The notes below the pieces were generated by a model. It did no database searches. It saw nothing but the letters and a program-made list of their open reading frames with translations, and was not told the DNA's origin. A stretch of 64,000 bases of DNA from Heterodontus francisci (lineage: Eukaryota): contig NC_090381.1 in NCBI RefSeq assembly GCF_036365525.1, forward strand, positions 85,553,257 to 85,617,256. Reading direction: 5' to 3'. Below, one piece after another: positions 49,301 to 62,378 of the stretch. Made by a program: the position numbers and the translations under genes. How positions within the stretch are numbered: position 1 is the first letter of the stretch; each line of letters starts with the position of its first letter.

Positions 49301-52300
49301 ATGCGCATCTAACTGAGCGAGGGATAACTGGACTTTTCTCTGCAGACATCGATGAATGTGCAACCAACACATCAACTTGTCAACAAATTTGCACCAATAC
49401 AAATGGAAGCTTTACATGCAGTTGCTATCCTGGCTTCGACATCAACATGATGAACAGTTCCCTTTGTGATGGTAGGAAATCTTCAAACACACAGATTCAT
49501 TGCAACTGATGATTTCAAATTACACTCTGTTACAGACCGGGGAAATGGTGTGTGTGACTTTCACTTCTCACCTCTTAACTGAATTCAGATAGCTTTTGAA
49601 AAAATATAGTGTCTTATTCCCTGAGTGTTTTAAGCATCAAATAAACAAACCAAGGGCAGGTTTTCTTGTCAGTTGAAAAGTAATGATAACTATTTATTAA
49701 AACAACACTGTAAAATGTTTGCCAGCTCACTCACTCAATCAATCATACATGCACATGCACATGCACACACAAAAGAAAAGGTAGAGAGTAGAGGGTAGCA
49801 TGCAATTAGAATTCGATTGTTTTAAAGAGAATTCACTTTGAAACCTTCTTCGATTTCTGCGAGTGATTTTTAACAGTGTTGCATGCCTGAATGTTCCTTG
49901 TCTTGGAAATGAAGCAGTGTCGTTGACTCCTTTGGTTCAATATCTGTCTGAAGTTGGTGGTGGAAGTCAGGTTCAGTATCTTAGATGGGGGGGGGTTTCA
50001 CCGTCACCTTTCACCTTCTCTACCTCAGTAGTTTAAAGATAGTGCTTGCAGGGCTCCTTGCTCAGCTGGATTGATCTTACAGCTTCTCTTGCTGAATAAT
50101 TTTCTGTCTCCCCCTCTCTCTCTGTGAAGTTACTTCTTTAAAGGTAAAAACTCACCAGGTTGTGGTTTCAGTCAGGTGATTCAAGACACTCTTCCCTGTG
50201 GTATTCGTACAATGTCCCAGGATGTGGGGACCATGGTTACAAAATGGCATCTGAATGTGATCCATTTTGATAAATAGGTGTTAATTTGCACCTATTATCT
50301 TGACCTTGGCTTTGGAGTAATTCTGCCTGCAAAAGCCTTTGCGAGCCCGATCTTTGATGATAGGAGTCATTAACATGGAATGGGCTGTTTTACATGTCAA
50401 TGTGCCTTTTCAAGGCAATGCCAGATGTTAATAATGGACATGTCTTCAACAGACAAACATGTTGACTGGTCGAGCAGGACGAGATCACCTGACCTCACCC
50501 TCCCTGTTGCTGGGTAACAAAGTGTGAATTTTCTTTTAGCTTTGTTCAACAGCTACGCTTTCTCATAATTCCTGTAGCTCATTTCATGTTTCAACACTGT
50601 TCTCTCTGTGAGCCTGGTAACTCCATCTAAAAGCTCTCAATGCCCTGCAGAATCGCGATGACTTTAAGCAAAGTCGTTCGTGCTCCTGAATAATTGAACA
50701 ATCAGTGTCTCCCTGCAATATTCTGTGCCGCAGTGCAATAGGGATGTTCCGATTGCAGAATATTTGAATCATAGGATGGCTACAGCACAGAAGGAGGCCA
50801 TTTGGCCCATCATGCCTGTGCCAGCTGTCTGCAGGAGCAACTCAGCAATACGATATCAGTTGAGGTAAATCAAACAGTTCCTCTGAAATTGGAAGTAGGT
50901 TTCACAACATCTGCTCAGAGCCTTATGATATGCAACTCCAGCCATGCATTTATTCAATGCTCCTGTCATTTAACATAAATTGGGGCAGGAAGATTGTGGT
51001 TGCTGACGGCAAGAGAGGAAAGTCTTTTGTCAATCGCTTCCATACATTAATAAGTTTATATGCCAGTTTTAGATTGGAAAACAAAACACCAGTAATGATA
51101 TTGCTGTTGACTGTAAAGAGGAATCAAAAATTGTATAGTGCATCATGATGTCTTGAAAACACATGATGTGCTAGACAATGTATCGTTTAATGCGCATCTA
51201 ACTGAGCGAGGGATAACTGGACTTTTCTGGGCAGATATCGATGAATGTGCAAGCAACACATCAACTTGTCAACAAATTTGCACCAATACAAATGGAAGCT
51301 TTACATGCAGTTGCTATCCTGGCTTCAGCATCAACATGATGAACAGTTCCCTTTGTGATGGTAGGAAATCTTCAAACACACAGGTTCTCTGCAATTTTTG
51401 ATTTGAACTTACAGACCATCCTATAACTCTCAATGCCCTACAAATTCTAGATGAATTGAAGCACCTTAATGTGCTCCTTCGTAATTAAAGAATCAGAGGC
51501 TGAATACAACAATCTGTACCTGTATGCAACAGAGTCATTTTGACTGCAGGAAATGATATCCTTTGTGGCAAATTAATAATTGTCTCAGAAACTGAAAGTA
51601 AGAATCACAGTTTCCGATCAAAGGTTTGTGCTTTGCAATTAAACAACCTTCCTGTTGTTTAGCCGAAAAGGGAACAGTAACATTATAGTTTGGCGATGGC
51701 TGGAGAGGAATGTCATGGCCAATAATAGCCATACATTTGTAATTTTATGTAATGCTAATGATATGCTTGTAAAAATATCTACACCCATGTTATTTCTGTT
51801 GAATGTAAAGAGGAATCGAAGAATGTCGTAGTGCATCATGATGTTTTGAAGACATGTGCTATCGATTGACAATGTATGGTCGAATATTAATCAGATTGAA
51901 CGGAGAATAATTGGACTTTTTTCTGCAGATATTAATGAATGTACAACCAACACATCAACCTGCCAGCAAATCTGCACCAATACAAATGGAAGCTTTAAAT
52001 GCAGTTGCTATCCTGGCTTCAACATCAACATGACAAACACTTCTCTTTGTGATGGTAGGAAATCTTCAAACACACAGATTCATTGCAACCGATGATTTCA
52101 AATTACACTCTGTTACAGACCGGGGAAATGGTGTGTGTGACTTTCACTTCTCACCTCTTAACTGAATTCAGATAGCTTTTGAAAAAATATAGTGTCTTAT
52201 TCCCTGAGTGTTTTAAGCATCAAATAAACAAACCAAGGGCAGATTTTCTTGTCAGTTGAAAAGTAATGATAACTATTTATTGAAACAACAATGTAAAATG

Positions 52301-55300
52301 TTTGCCAGCTCACTCACTCAATCAATCATACATGCACATGCACATGCACACACAAAAGAAAAGGTAGAGAGTAGAGGGTAGCATGCAATTGGAGTTCGAT
52401 TGTTTTAAAGAGAATTCACTTTGAAACCTTCTTCGATTTCTGCGAGCGATTTTTAATTGCTTTGCAGGCCTGAATGTTCCTTGTCTTGGAAATGAAGCAG
52501 AGTCATTGACTCCTTTGGTTAAATGTCAGTCTGAAGTTGGTGGCGGAAGTCAGGTTCAGTATCTTAGACGGGGGGGTTTTCACCGTCACCTTTCACCTTC
52601 TCTACCTCAGTAGTTTAAAGATAGTGCTTGCAGGGCTCCTTGCTCAGCTGGATTGATCTTACAGCTTCTCTTGCTGAATAATTTTCTGTCTCCCCCTCTC
52701 TCTCTGTGAAGTTACTTCTTTAAAGGTAAAAACTCACCAGGTTGTGGTTTCAGTCAGGTGATTCAAGACACTCTTCCCTGTGGTATTCGTACAATGTCCC
52801 AGGATGTGGGGACCATGGTTACAAAATGGCATCTGAATGTGATCCATTTTGATAAATAGGTGTTAATTTGCACCTATTATCTTGACCTTGGCTTTGGAGT
52901 AATTCTGCCTGCAAAAGCCTTTGCGAGCCCGATCTTTGATGATAGGAGTCATTAACATGGAATGGGCTGTTTTACATGTCAATGTGCCTTTTCAAGGCAA
53001 TTCCAGATGTTAATAATGGACATGTCGTCAACAGACAAACATGTTGACTGGTAGAGCAGGACTAGATCACCTGACCTCACCCTCCCTGTTGCTGGGTAAC
53101 AAAGTGTGAATTTTCTTTTAGCTTTGTTCAACGGCTACGTTTTCTCATATTCCTCCAGCTCATTTCATGTTTCAACACTGTTCTCTCTGTGAGCCTGGTA
53201 ACTCCATCTAAAAGCTCTCAATGCCCTGCAGAATCGCGATGACTTTAAGCAAAGTCGTTCGTGCACCTGAATAATTGAACAATCAGTGTCTCCCTGCTAT
53301 ATTCTGTGCCGCAGTGCAATAGGGATGTTCCGATTGCAGAATATTTGAATCATAGGATGGCTACAGCACAGAAGGAGGCCATTTGGCCCATCATGCCAGT
53401 GCCAGCTGTCTGCAGGAGCAACTCAGCAATACGATATCAGTTGAGGTAAATCAAACAGTTCCTCTGAAATTGCAGGCAGGGTTCACAATATCTGCTCAGA
53501 GCCTTATGATGTGCATCTCCAGCCATGCACTTATTCAATGCTCCTGTCATTTAACATAAATTGGGGCAGGAAGATTGTGGTTGCTGACGGCAAGAGAGGA
53601 AAGTCATTTGTCAATAGCTTCCATACATTAATAAGTTTATATGCCAGTTTTATGTTGGAAAACAAAACACCAGTAATGATATTGCTGTTGACTGTAAAGA
53701 GGAATCAAAAATTGTATAGTGCATCATGATGTCTTGAAAACACATGATGTGGTAGACAATGTCTAGTTTAATGCGCATCTAACTGAGCGAGGGATAACTG
53801 GACTTTTCTCTTCAGACATTGATGAATGTGCAACCAACACATCAACTTGTCAACAAATCTGCACCAATACAAATGGAAGCTTTACATGCAGTTGCTATCC
53901 TGGCTTCAGCATCAACATGATGAACAGTTCCCTTTGTGATGGTAGGAAATCTTCAAACACACAGGTTCTCTGCAATTTTTGATTTGAACTTACAGACCAT
54001 CCTATAACTCTCAATGCCCTACAAATTCTAGATGAATTGAAGCACCTCAATGTGCTCCTTCATATTTAAAGAATCAGAGGCTGAATACAACAATCTGTAC
54101 CTGTATGCAGCAGAGTCATTTTGACTGCAGAAAATGATATCCTTTGTGGCAAATTAATAATTGTCTCAGAAACTGAAAGTAAGAATCACAGTTTCCGATC
54201 AAAGGTTTGTGCTTTGTAATTAAACAACCTTCCTGTTGTTTAGCCGAAAAGGGAACAGTAACATTATAGTTTGGCGATGGCTGGAGAGGAATGTCATGGC
54301 CAATAATAGCCATACATTTGTAATTTTATGTAATGCTAATGATATGCTTGTAAAAATATCTACACCCATGTTATTTCTGTTGAATGTAAAGAGGAATCGA
54401 AGAATGTCGTAGTGCATCATGATGTTTTGAAGACATGTGCTATCGATTGACAATGTATGGTCGAATATTAATCAGATTGAACGGAGAATAATTGGACTTT
54501 TTTCTGCAGATATTAATGAATGTACAACCAACACATCAACCTGCCAGCAAATCTGCACCAATACAAATGGAAGCTTTAAATGCAGTTGCTATCCTGGCTT
54601 CAACATCAACATGACAAACACTTCTCTTTGTGATGGTAGGAAATCTTCAAACACACAGATTCATTGCAACTGATGATTTCAAATTACACTCTGTTACAGA
54701 CCGGGGAAATGGTGTGTGTGACTTTCACTTCTCACCTCTTAATTGAATTCAGATAGCTTTTGAAAAAATATAGTGTCTTATTCCCTGAGTGTTTTAAGCA
54801 TCAAATAAACAAACCAAGGGCAGATTTTCTTGTCAGTTGAAAAGTAATGATAACTATTTATTGAAACAACAATGTAAAATGTTTGCCAGCTCACTCACTC
54901 AATCAATCATACATGCACATGCACATGCACACACAAAAGAAAAGGTAGAGAGTAGAGGGTAGCATGCAATTGGAGTTCGATTGTTTTAAAGAGAATTCAC
55001 TTTGAAACCTTCTTCGATTTCTGCGAGCGATTTTTAATTGCGTTGCAGGCCTGAATGTTCCTTGTCTTGGAAATGAAGCAGAGTCATTGACTCCTTTGGT
55101 TAAATGTCAGTCTGAAGTTGGTGGCGGAAGTCAGGTTCAGTATCTTAGACGGGGGGGTTTTCACCGTCACCTTTCACCTTCTCTACCTCAGTAGTTTCAA
55201 GATAGTGCTTGCAGGGCTCCTTGCTCAGCTGGATTGATCTTACAGCTTCTCTTGCTGAATAATTTTCTGTCTCCCCCTCTCTCTCTGTGAAGTTACTTCT

Positions 55301-58300
55301 TTAAAGGTAAAAACTCACCAGGTTGTGGTTTCAGTCAGGTGATTCAAGACACTCTTCCCTGTGGTATTCGTACAATGTCCCAGGATGTGGGGACCATGGT
55401 TACAAAATGGCATCTGAATGTGATCCATTTTGATAAATAGGTGTTAATTTGCACCTATTATCTTGACCTTGGCTTTGGAGTAATTCTGCCTGCAAAAGCC
55501 TTTGCGAGCCCAATCTTTGATGATAGGAGTCATTAACATGGAATGGGCTGTTTTACATGTCAATGTGCCTTTTCAAGGCAATTCCAGATGTTAATAATGG
55601 ACATGTCGTCAACAGACAAACATGTTGACTGGTAGAGCAGGACTAGATCACCTGACCTCACCCTCCCTGTTGCTGGGTAACAAAGTGTGAATTTTCTTTT
55701 AGCTTTGTTCAACGGCTACGTTTTCTCATATTCCTCCAGCTCATTTCATGTTTCAACACTGTTCTCTCTGTGAGCCTGGTAACTCCATCTAAAAGCTCTC
55801 AATGCCCTGCAGAATCGCGATGACTTTAAGCAAAGTCGTTCGTGCACCTGAATAATTGAACAATCAGTGTCTCCCTGCTATATTCTGTGCCGCAGTGCAA
55901 TAGGGATGTTCCGATTGCAGAATATTTGAATCATAGGATGGCTACAGCACAGAAGGAGGCCATTTGGCCCATCATGCCTGTGCCAGCTGTCTGCAGGAGC
56001 AACTCAGCAATACGATATCAGTTGAGGTAAATCAAACAGTTCCTCTGAAATTGCAAGTAGGGTTCACAATATCTGCTCAGAGCCTTATGATGTGCATCTC
56101 CAGCCATGCACTTATTCAATGCTCCTGTCATTTAACATAAATTGGGGCAGGAACATTGTGGTTGCTGACGGCAAGAGAGGAAAGTCATTTGTCAATAGCT
56201 TCCATACATTAATAAGTTTATATGCCAGTTTTATGTTGGAAAACAAAACACCAGTAATGATATTGCTGTTGACTGTAAAGAGGAATCAAAAATTGTATAG
56301 TGCATCATGATGTCTTGAAAACACATGATGTGGTAGACAATGTATCGTTTAATGCGCATCTAACTGAGCGAGGGATAACTGGACTTTTCTCTTCAGACAT
56401 TGATGAATGTGCAACCAACACATCAACTTGTCAACAAATCTGCACCAATACAAATGGAAGCTTTACATGCAGTTGCTATCCTGGCTTCAGCATCAACATG
56501 ATGAACAGTTCCCTTTGTGATGGTAGGAAATCTTCAAACACACAGGTTCTCTGCAATTTTTGATTTGAACTTACAGACCATCCTATAACTCTCAATGCCC
56601 TACACATTCTAGATGAATTGAAGCACCTCAATGTGCTCCTTCATATTTAAAGAATCAGAGGCTGAATACAACAATCTGTACCTGTATGCAACAGAGTCAT
56701 TTTGACTGCAGAAAATGATATCCTTTGTGGCAAATTAATAATTGTCTCAGAAACTGAAAGTAAGAATCACAGTTTCCGATCAAAGGTTTGTGCTTTGCAA
56801 TTAAACAACCTTCCTGTTGTTTAGCCGAAAAGGGAACAGTAACATTATAGTTTGGCGATGGCTGGAGAGGAATGTCATGGCCAATAATAGCCATACATTT
56901 GTAATTTTATGTAATGCTAATAATATGCTTGTAAAAATATCTACACCCATGTTATTTCTGTTGAATGTAAAGAGGAATCGAAGAATGTCGTAGTGCATCA
57001 TGATGTTTTGAAGACATGTGCTATCGATTGACAATGTATGGTCGAATATTAATCAGATTGAACGGAGAATAATTGGACTTTTTTCTGCAGATATTAATGA
57101 ATGTACAACCAACACATCAACCTGCCAGCAAATCTGCACCAATACAAATGGAAGCTTTAAATGCAGTTGCTATCCTGGCTTCAACATCAACATGACAAAC
57201 ACTTCTCTTTGTGATGGTAGGAAATCTTCAAACACACAGATTCATTGCAACTGATGATTTCAAATTACACTCTGTTACAGACCGGGGAAATGGTGTGTGT
57301 GACTTTCACTTCTCACCTCTTAACTGAATTCAGATAGCTTTTGAAAAAATATAGTGTCTTATTCCCTGAGTGTTTTAAGCATCAAATAAACAAACCAAGG
57401 GCAGATTTTCTTGTCAGTTGAAAAGTAATGATAACTATTTATTGAAACAACAATGTAAAATGTTTGCCAGCTCACTCACTCAATCAATCATACATGCACA
57501 TGCACATGCACACACAAAAGAAAAGGTAGAGAGTAGAGGGTAGCATGCAATTGGAGTTCGATTGTTTTAAAGAGAATTCACTTTGAAACCTTCTTCGATT
57601 TCTGCGAGCGATTTTTAATTGCGTTGCAGGCCTGAATGTTCCTTGTCTTGGAAATGAAGCAGAGTCATTGACTCCTTTGGTTAAATGTCAGTCTGAAGTT
57701 GGTGGCGGAAGTCAGGTTCAGTATCTTAGACGGGGGGGTTTTCACCGTCACCTTTCACCTTCTCTACCTCAGTAGTTTAAAGATAGTGCTTGCAGGGCTT
57801 CTTGCTCAGCTGGATTGATCTTACAGCTTCTCTTGCTGAATAATTTTCTGTCTCCCCCTCTCTCTCTGTGAAGTTACTTCTTTAAAGGTAAAAACTCACC
57901 AGGTTGTGGTTTCAGTCAGGTGATTCAAGACACTCTTCCCTGTGGTATTCGTACAATGTCCCAGGATGTGGGGACCATGGTTACAAAATGGCATCTGAAT
58001 GTGATCCATTTTGATAAATAGGTGTTAATTTGCACCTATTATCTTGCCCTTGGCTTTGGAGTAATTCTGCCTGCAAAAGCCTTTGCGAGCCCGATCTTTG
58101 ATGATAGGAGTCATTAACATGGAATGGGCTGTTTTACATGTCAATGTGCCTTTTCAAGGCAATTCCAGATGTTAATAATGGACATGTCGTCAACAGACAA
58201 ACATGTTGACTGGTAGAGCAGGACTAGATCACCTGACCTCACCCTCCCTGTTGCTGGGTAACAAAGTGTGAATTTTCTTTTAGCTTTGTTCAACGGCTAC

Positions 58301-61300
58301 GTTTTCTCATATTCCTCCAGCTCATTTCATGTTTCAACACTGTTCTCTCTGTGAGCCTGGTAACTCCATCTAAAAGCTCTCAATGCCCTGCAGAATCGCG
58401 ATGACTTTAAGCAAAGTCGTTCGTGCACCTGAATAATTGAACAATCAGTGTCTCCCTGCTATATTCTGTGCCGCAGTGCAATAGGGATGTTCCGATTGCA
58501 GAATATTTGAATCATAGGATGGCTACAGCACAGAAGGAGGCCATTTGGCCCATCATGCCAGTGCCAGCTGTCTGCAGGAGCAACTCAGCAATACGATATC
58601 AGTTGAGGTAAATCAAACAGTTCCTCTGAAATTGCAGGCAGGGTTCACAATATCTGCTCAGAGCCTTATGATGTGCATCTCCAGCCATGCACTTATTCAA
58701 TGCTCCTGTCATTTAACATAAATTGGGGCAGGAAGATTGTGGTTGCTGACGGCAAGAGAGGAAAGTCATTTGTCAATAGCTTCCATACATTAATAAGTTT
58801 ATATGCCAGTTTTATGTTGGAAAACAAAACACCAGTAATGATATTGCTGTTGACTGTACAGAGGAATCAAAAATTGTATAGTGCATCATGATGTCTTGAA
58901 AACACATGATGTGGTAGACAATGTCTAGTTTAATGCGCATCTAACTGAGCGAGGGATAACTGGACTTTTCTCTTCAGACATTGATGAATGTGCAACCAAC
59001 ACATCAACTTGTCAACAAATCTGCACCAATACAAATGGAAGCTTTACATGCAGTTGCTATCCTGGCTTCAGCATCAACATGATGAACAGTTCCCTTTGTG
59101 ATGGTAGGAAATCTTCAAACACACAGGTTCTCTGCAATTTTTGATTTGAACTTACAGACCATCCTATAACTCTCAATGCCCTACAAATTCTAGATGAATT
59201 GAAGCACCTCAATGTGCTCCTTCATATTTAAAGAATCAGAGGCTGAATACAACAATCTGTACCTGTATGCAGCAGAGTCATTTTGACTGCAGAAAATGAT
59301 ATCCTTTGTGGCAAATTAATAATTGTCTCAGAAACTGAAAGTAAGAATCACAGTTTCCGATCAAAGGTTTGTGCTTTGTAATTAAACAACCTTCCTGTTG
59401 TTTAGCCGAAAAGGGAACAGTAACATTATAGTTTGGCGATGGCTGGAGAGGAATGTCATGGCCAATAATAGCCATACATTTGTAATTTTATGTAATGCTA
59501 ATGATATGCTTGTAAAAATATCTACACCCATGTTATTTCTGTTGAATGTAAAGAGGAATGGAAGAATGTCGTAGTGCATCATGATGTTTTGAAGACATGT
59601 GCTATCGATTGACAATGTATGGTCGAATATTAATCAGATTGAACGGAGAATAATTGGACTTTTTTCTGCAGATATTAATGAATGTACAACCAACACATCA
59701 ACCTGCCAGCAAATCTGCACCAATACAAATGGAAGCTTTAAATGCAGTTGCTATCCTGGCTTCAACATCAACATGACAAACACTTCTCTTTGTGATGGTA
59801 GGAAATCTTCAAACACACAGATTCATTGCAACTGATGATTTCAAATTACACTCTGTTACAGACCGGGGAAATGGTGTGTGTGACTTTCACTTCTCACCTC
59901 TTAACTGAATTCAGATAGCTTTTGAAAAAATATAGTGTCTTATTCCCTGAGTGTTTTAAGCATCAAATAAACAAACCAAGGGCAGATTTTCTTGTCAGTT
60001 GAAAAGTAATGATAACTATTTATTGAAACAACAATGTAAAATGTTTGCCAGCTCACTCACTCAATCAATCATACATGCACATGCACATGCACACACAAAA
60101 GAAAAGGTAGAGAGTAGAGGGTAGCATGCAATTGGAGTTCGATTGTTTTAAAGAGAATTCACTTTGAAACCTTCTTCGATTTCTGCGAGCGATTTTTAAT
60201 TGCGTTGCAGGCCTGAATGTTCCTTGTCTTGGAAATGAAGCAGAGTCATTGACTCCTTTGGTTAAATGTCAGTCTGAAGTTGGTGGCGGAAGTCAGGTTC
60301 AGTATCTTAGACGGGGGGGTTTTCACCGTCACCTTTCACCTTCTCTACCTCAGTAGTTTCAAGATAGTGCTTGCAGGGCTCCTTGCTCAGCTGGATTGAT
60401 CTTACAGCTTCTCTTGCTGAATAATTTTCTGTCTCCCCCTCTCTCTCTGTGAAGTTACTTCTTTAAAGGTAAAAACTCACCAGGTTGTGGTTTCAGTCAG
60501 GTGATTCAAGACACTCTTCCCTGTGGTATTCGTACAATGTCCCAGGATGTGGGGACCATGGTTACAAAATGGCATCTGAATGTGATCCATTTTGATAAAT
60601 AGGTGTTAATTTGCACCTATTATCTTGACCTTGGCTTTGGAGTAATTCTGCCTGCAAAAGCCTTTGCGAGCCCGATCTTTGATGATAGGAGTCATTAACA
60701 TGGAATGGGCTGTTTTACATGTCAATGTGCCTTTTCAAGGCAATTCCAGATGTTAATAATGGACATGTCGTCAACAGACAAACATGTTGACTGGTAGAGC
60801 AGGACTAGATCACCTGACCTCACCCTCCCTGTTGCTGGGTAACAAAGTGTGAATTTTCTTTTAGCTTTGTTCAACGGCTACGTTTTCTCATATTCCTCCA
60901 GCTCATTTCATGTTTCAACACTGTTCTCTCTGTGAGCCTGGTAACTCCATCTAAAAGCTCTCAATGCCCTGCAGAATCGCGATGACTTTAAGCAAAGTCG
61001 TTCGTGCACCTGAATAATTGAACAATCAGTGTCTCCCTGCTATATTCTGTGCCGCAGTGCAATAGGGATGTTCCGATTGCAGAATATTTGAATCATAGGA
61101 TGGCTACAGCACAGAAGGAGGCCATTTGGCCCATCATGCCAGTGCCAGCTGTCTGCAGGAGCAACTCAGCAATACGATATCAGTTGAGGTAAATCAAACA
61201 GTTCCTCTGAAATTGCAAGTAGGGTTCACAATATCTGCTCAGAGCCTTATGATGTGCATCTCCAGCCATGCACTTATTCAATGCTCCTGTCATTTAACAT

Positions 61301-62378
61301 AAATTGGGGCAGGAACATTGTGGTTGCTGACGGCAAGAGAGGAAAGTCATTTGTCAATAGCTTCCATACATTAATAAGTTTATATGCCAGTTTTATGTTG
61401 GAAAACAAAACACCAGTAATGATATTGCTGTTGACTGTAAAGAGGAATCAAAAATTGTATAGTGCATCATGATGTCTTGAAAACACATGATGTGGTAGAC
61501 AATGTATCGTTTAATGCGCATCTAACTGAGCGAGGGATAACTGGACTTTTCTCTTCAGACATTGATGAATGTGCAACCAACACATCAACTTGTCAACAAA
61601 TCTGCACCAATACAAATGGAAGCTTTACATGCAGTTGCTATCCTGGCTTCAGCATCAACATGATGAACAGTTCCCTTTGTGATGGTAGGAAATCTTCAAA
61701 CACACAGGTTCTCCGCAATTTTTGATTTGAACTTACAGACCATCCTATAACTCTCAATGCCCTACACATTCTAGATGAATTGAAGCACCTCAATGTGCTC
61801 CTTCATATTTAAAGAATCAGAGGCTGAATACAACAATCTGTACCTGTATGCAACAGAGTCATTTTGACTGCAGAAAATGATATCCTTTGTGGCAAATTAA
61901 TAATTGTCTCAGAAACTGAAAGTAAGAATCACAGTTTCCGATCAAAGGTTTGTGCTTTGCAATTAAACAACCTTCCTGTTGTTTAGCCGAAAAGGGAACA
62001 GTAACATTATAGTTTGGCGATGGCTGGAGAGGAATGTCATGGCCAATAATAGCCATACATTTGTAATTTTATGTAATGCTAATGATATGCTTGTAAAAAT
62101 ATCTACACCCATGTTATTTCTGTTGAATGTAAAGAGGAATCGAAGAATGTCGTAGTGCATCATGATGTTTTGAAGACATGTGCTATCGATTGACAATGTA
62201 TGGTCGAATATTAATCAGATTGAACGGAGAATAATTGGACTTTTTTCTGCAGATATTAATGAATGTACAACCAACACATCAACCTGCCAGCAAATCTGCA
62301 CCAATACAAATGGAAGCTTTAAATGCAGTTGCTATCCTGGCTTCAACATCAACATGACAAACACTTCTCTTTGTGATG
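43228..62378 (+). CDS. Tandem array of at least 15 calcium-binding EGF-domain exons (126 nt, phase 1-1); continues beyond the window
   Basis: DI[D/N][25 protein letters not shown].....SLCD matches the cbEGF consensus D-x-D/N-E-C and C-x-N-x4-F-x-C-x-C; ctgcAG|at or ttcAG|ac acceptors, gatg|GTAGGA donors. Confidence 0.9.
43671..44319 (+). mobile_element. Penelope-like element 3' fragment (GIY-YIG C-terminus plus terminal repeat with hammerhead motif)
   Basis: Encodes [51 protein letters not shown]; 649-bp insertion relative to other units (exon spacing 1343 vs 694); cag at both junctions. Confidence 0.85.
44215..44252 (+). ncRNA. Minimal type I hammerhead ribozyme-like motif (Penelope-associated; core variant CCGAAGA)
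   Basis: agtt-CCGAAGA-a-gggtc-act-gaccc-GAAACGTT-aact: stem I agtt/aact, stem II gggtc/gaccc, palindromic stem III. Confidence 0.55.
44571..44696 (+). CDS. cbEGF exon (B type)
   Basis: ctgcAG|at ... gatg|GTAGGA. Confidence 0.85.
44799..45101 (-). mobile_element. tRNA-derived SINE (HE1-like)
   Basis: Minus strand gggcggcacagtggcgcagtggttagc (A box) ... ggttcgattct (B box); 3' tail resembles the CR1 3' end; about 303 bp extra versus other units. Confidence 0.9.
46763..46888 (+). CDS. cbEGF exon (A type)
   Basis: AG/GT bounded, 126 nt. Confidence 0.85.
47457..47582 (+). CDS. cbEGF exon (B type)
   Basis: AG/GT bounded, 126 nt. Confidence 0.85.
49346..49471 (+). CDS. cbEGF exon (A type followed by a long B-type intron; recombinant unit)
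   Basis: AG/GT bounded, 126 nt. Confidence 0.85.
51235..51360 (+). CDS. cbEGF exon (A type)
   Basis: ttttctgggcAG|at ... GTAGGA. Confidence 0.8.
51929..52054 (+). CDS. cbEGF exon (B type)
   Basis: AG/GT bounded, 126 nt. Confidence 0.85.
53816..53941 (+). CDS. cbEGF exon (A type)
   Basis: AG/GT bounded, 126 nt. Confidence 0.85.
54510..54635 (+). CDS. cbEGF exon (B type)
   Basis: AG/GT bounded, 126 nt. Confidence 0.85.
56397..56522 (+). CDS. cbEGF exon (A type)
   Basis: AG/GT bounded, 126 nt. Confidence 0.85.
57091..57216 (+). CDS. cbEGF exon (B type)
   Basis: AG/GT bounded, 126 nt. Confidence 0.85.
58978..59103 (+). CDS. cbEGF exon (A type)
   Basis: AG/GT bounded, 126 nt. Confidence 0.85.
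59672..59797 (+). CDS. cbEGF exon (B type)
   Basis: AG/GT bounded, 126 nt. Confidence 0.85.
61559..61684 (+). CDS. cbEGF exon (A type)
   Basis: AG/GT bounded, 126 nt. Confidence 0.85.
62253..62378 (+). CDS. cbEGF exon (B type)
   Basis: AG/GT bounded, 126 nt. Confidence 0.85.

Noticed and set aside
42923-62196. Recurrent ORFs MHLQP..., MAIIGHD..., MSIDSTC..., MIQIFCN...
   Set aside because: They are intronic, recur only because the unit is duplicated, and are frameshifted or broken in some copies.
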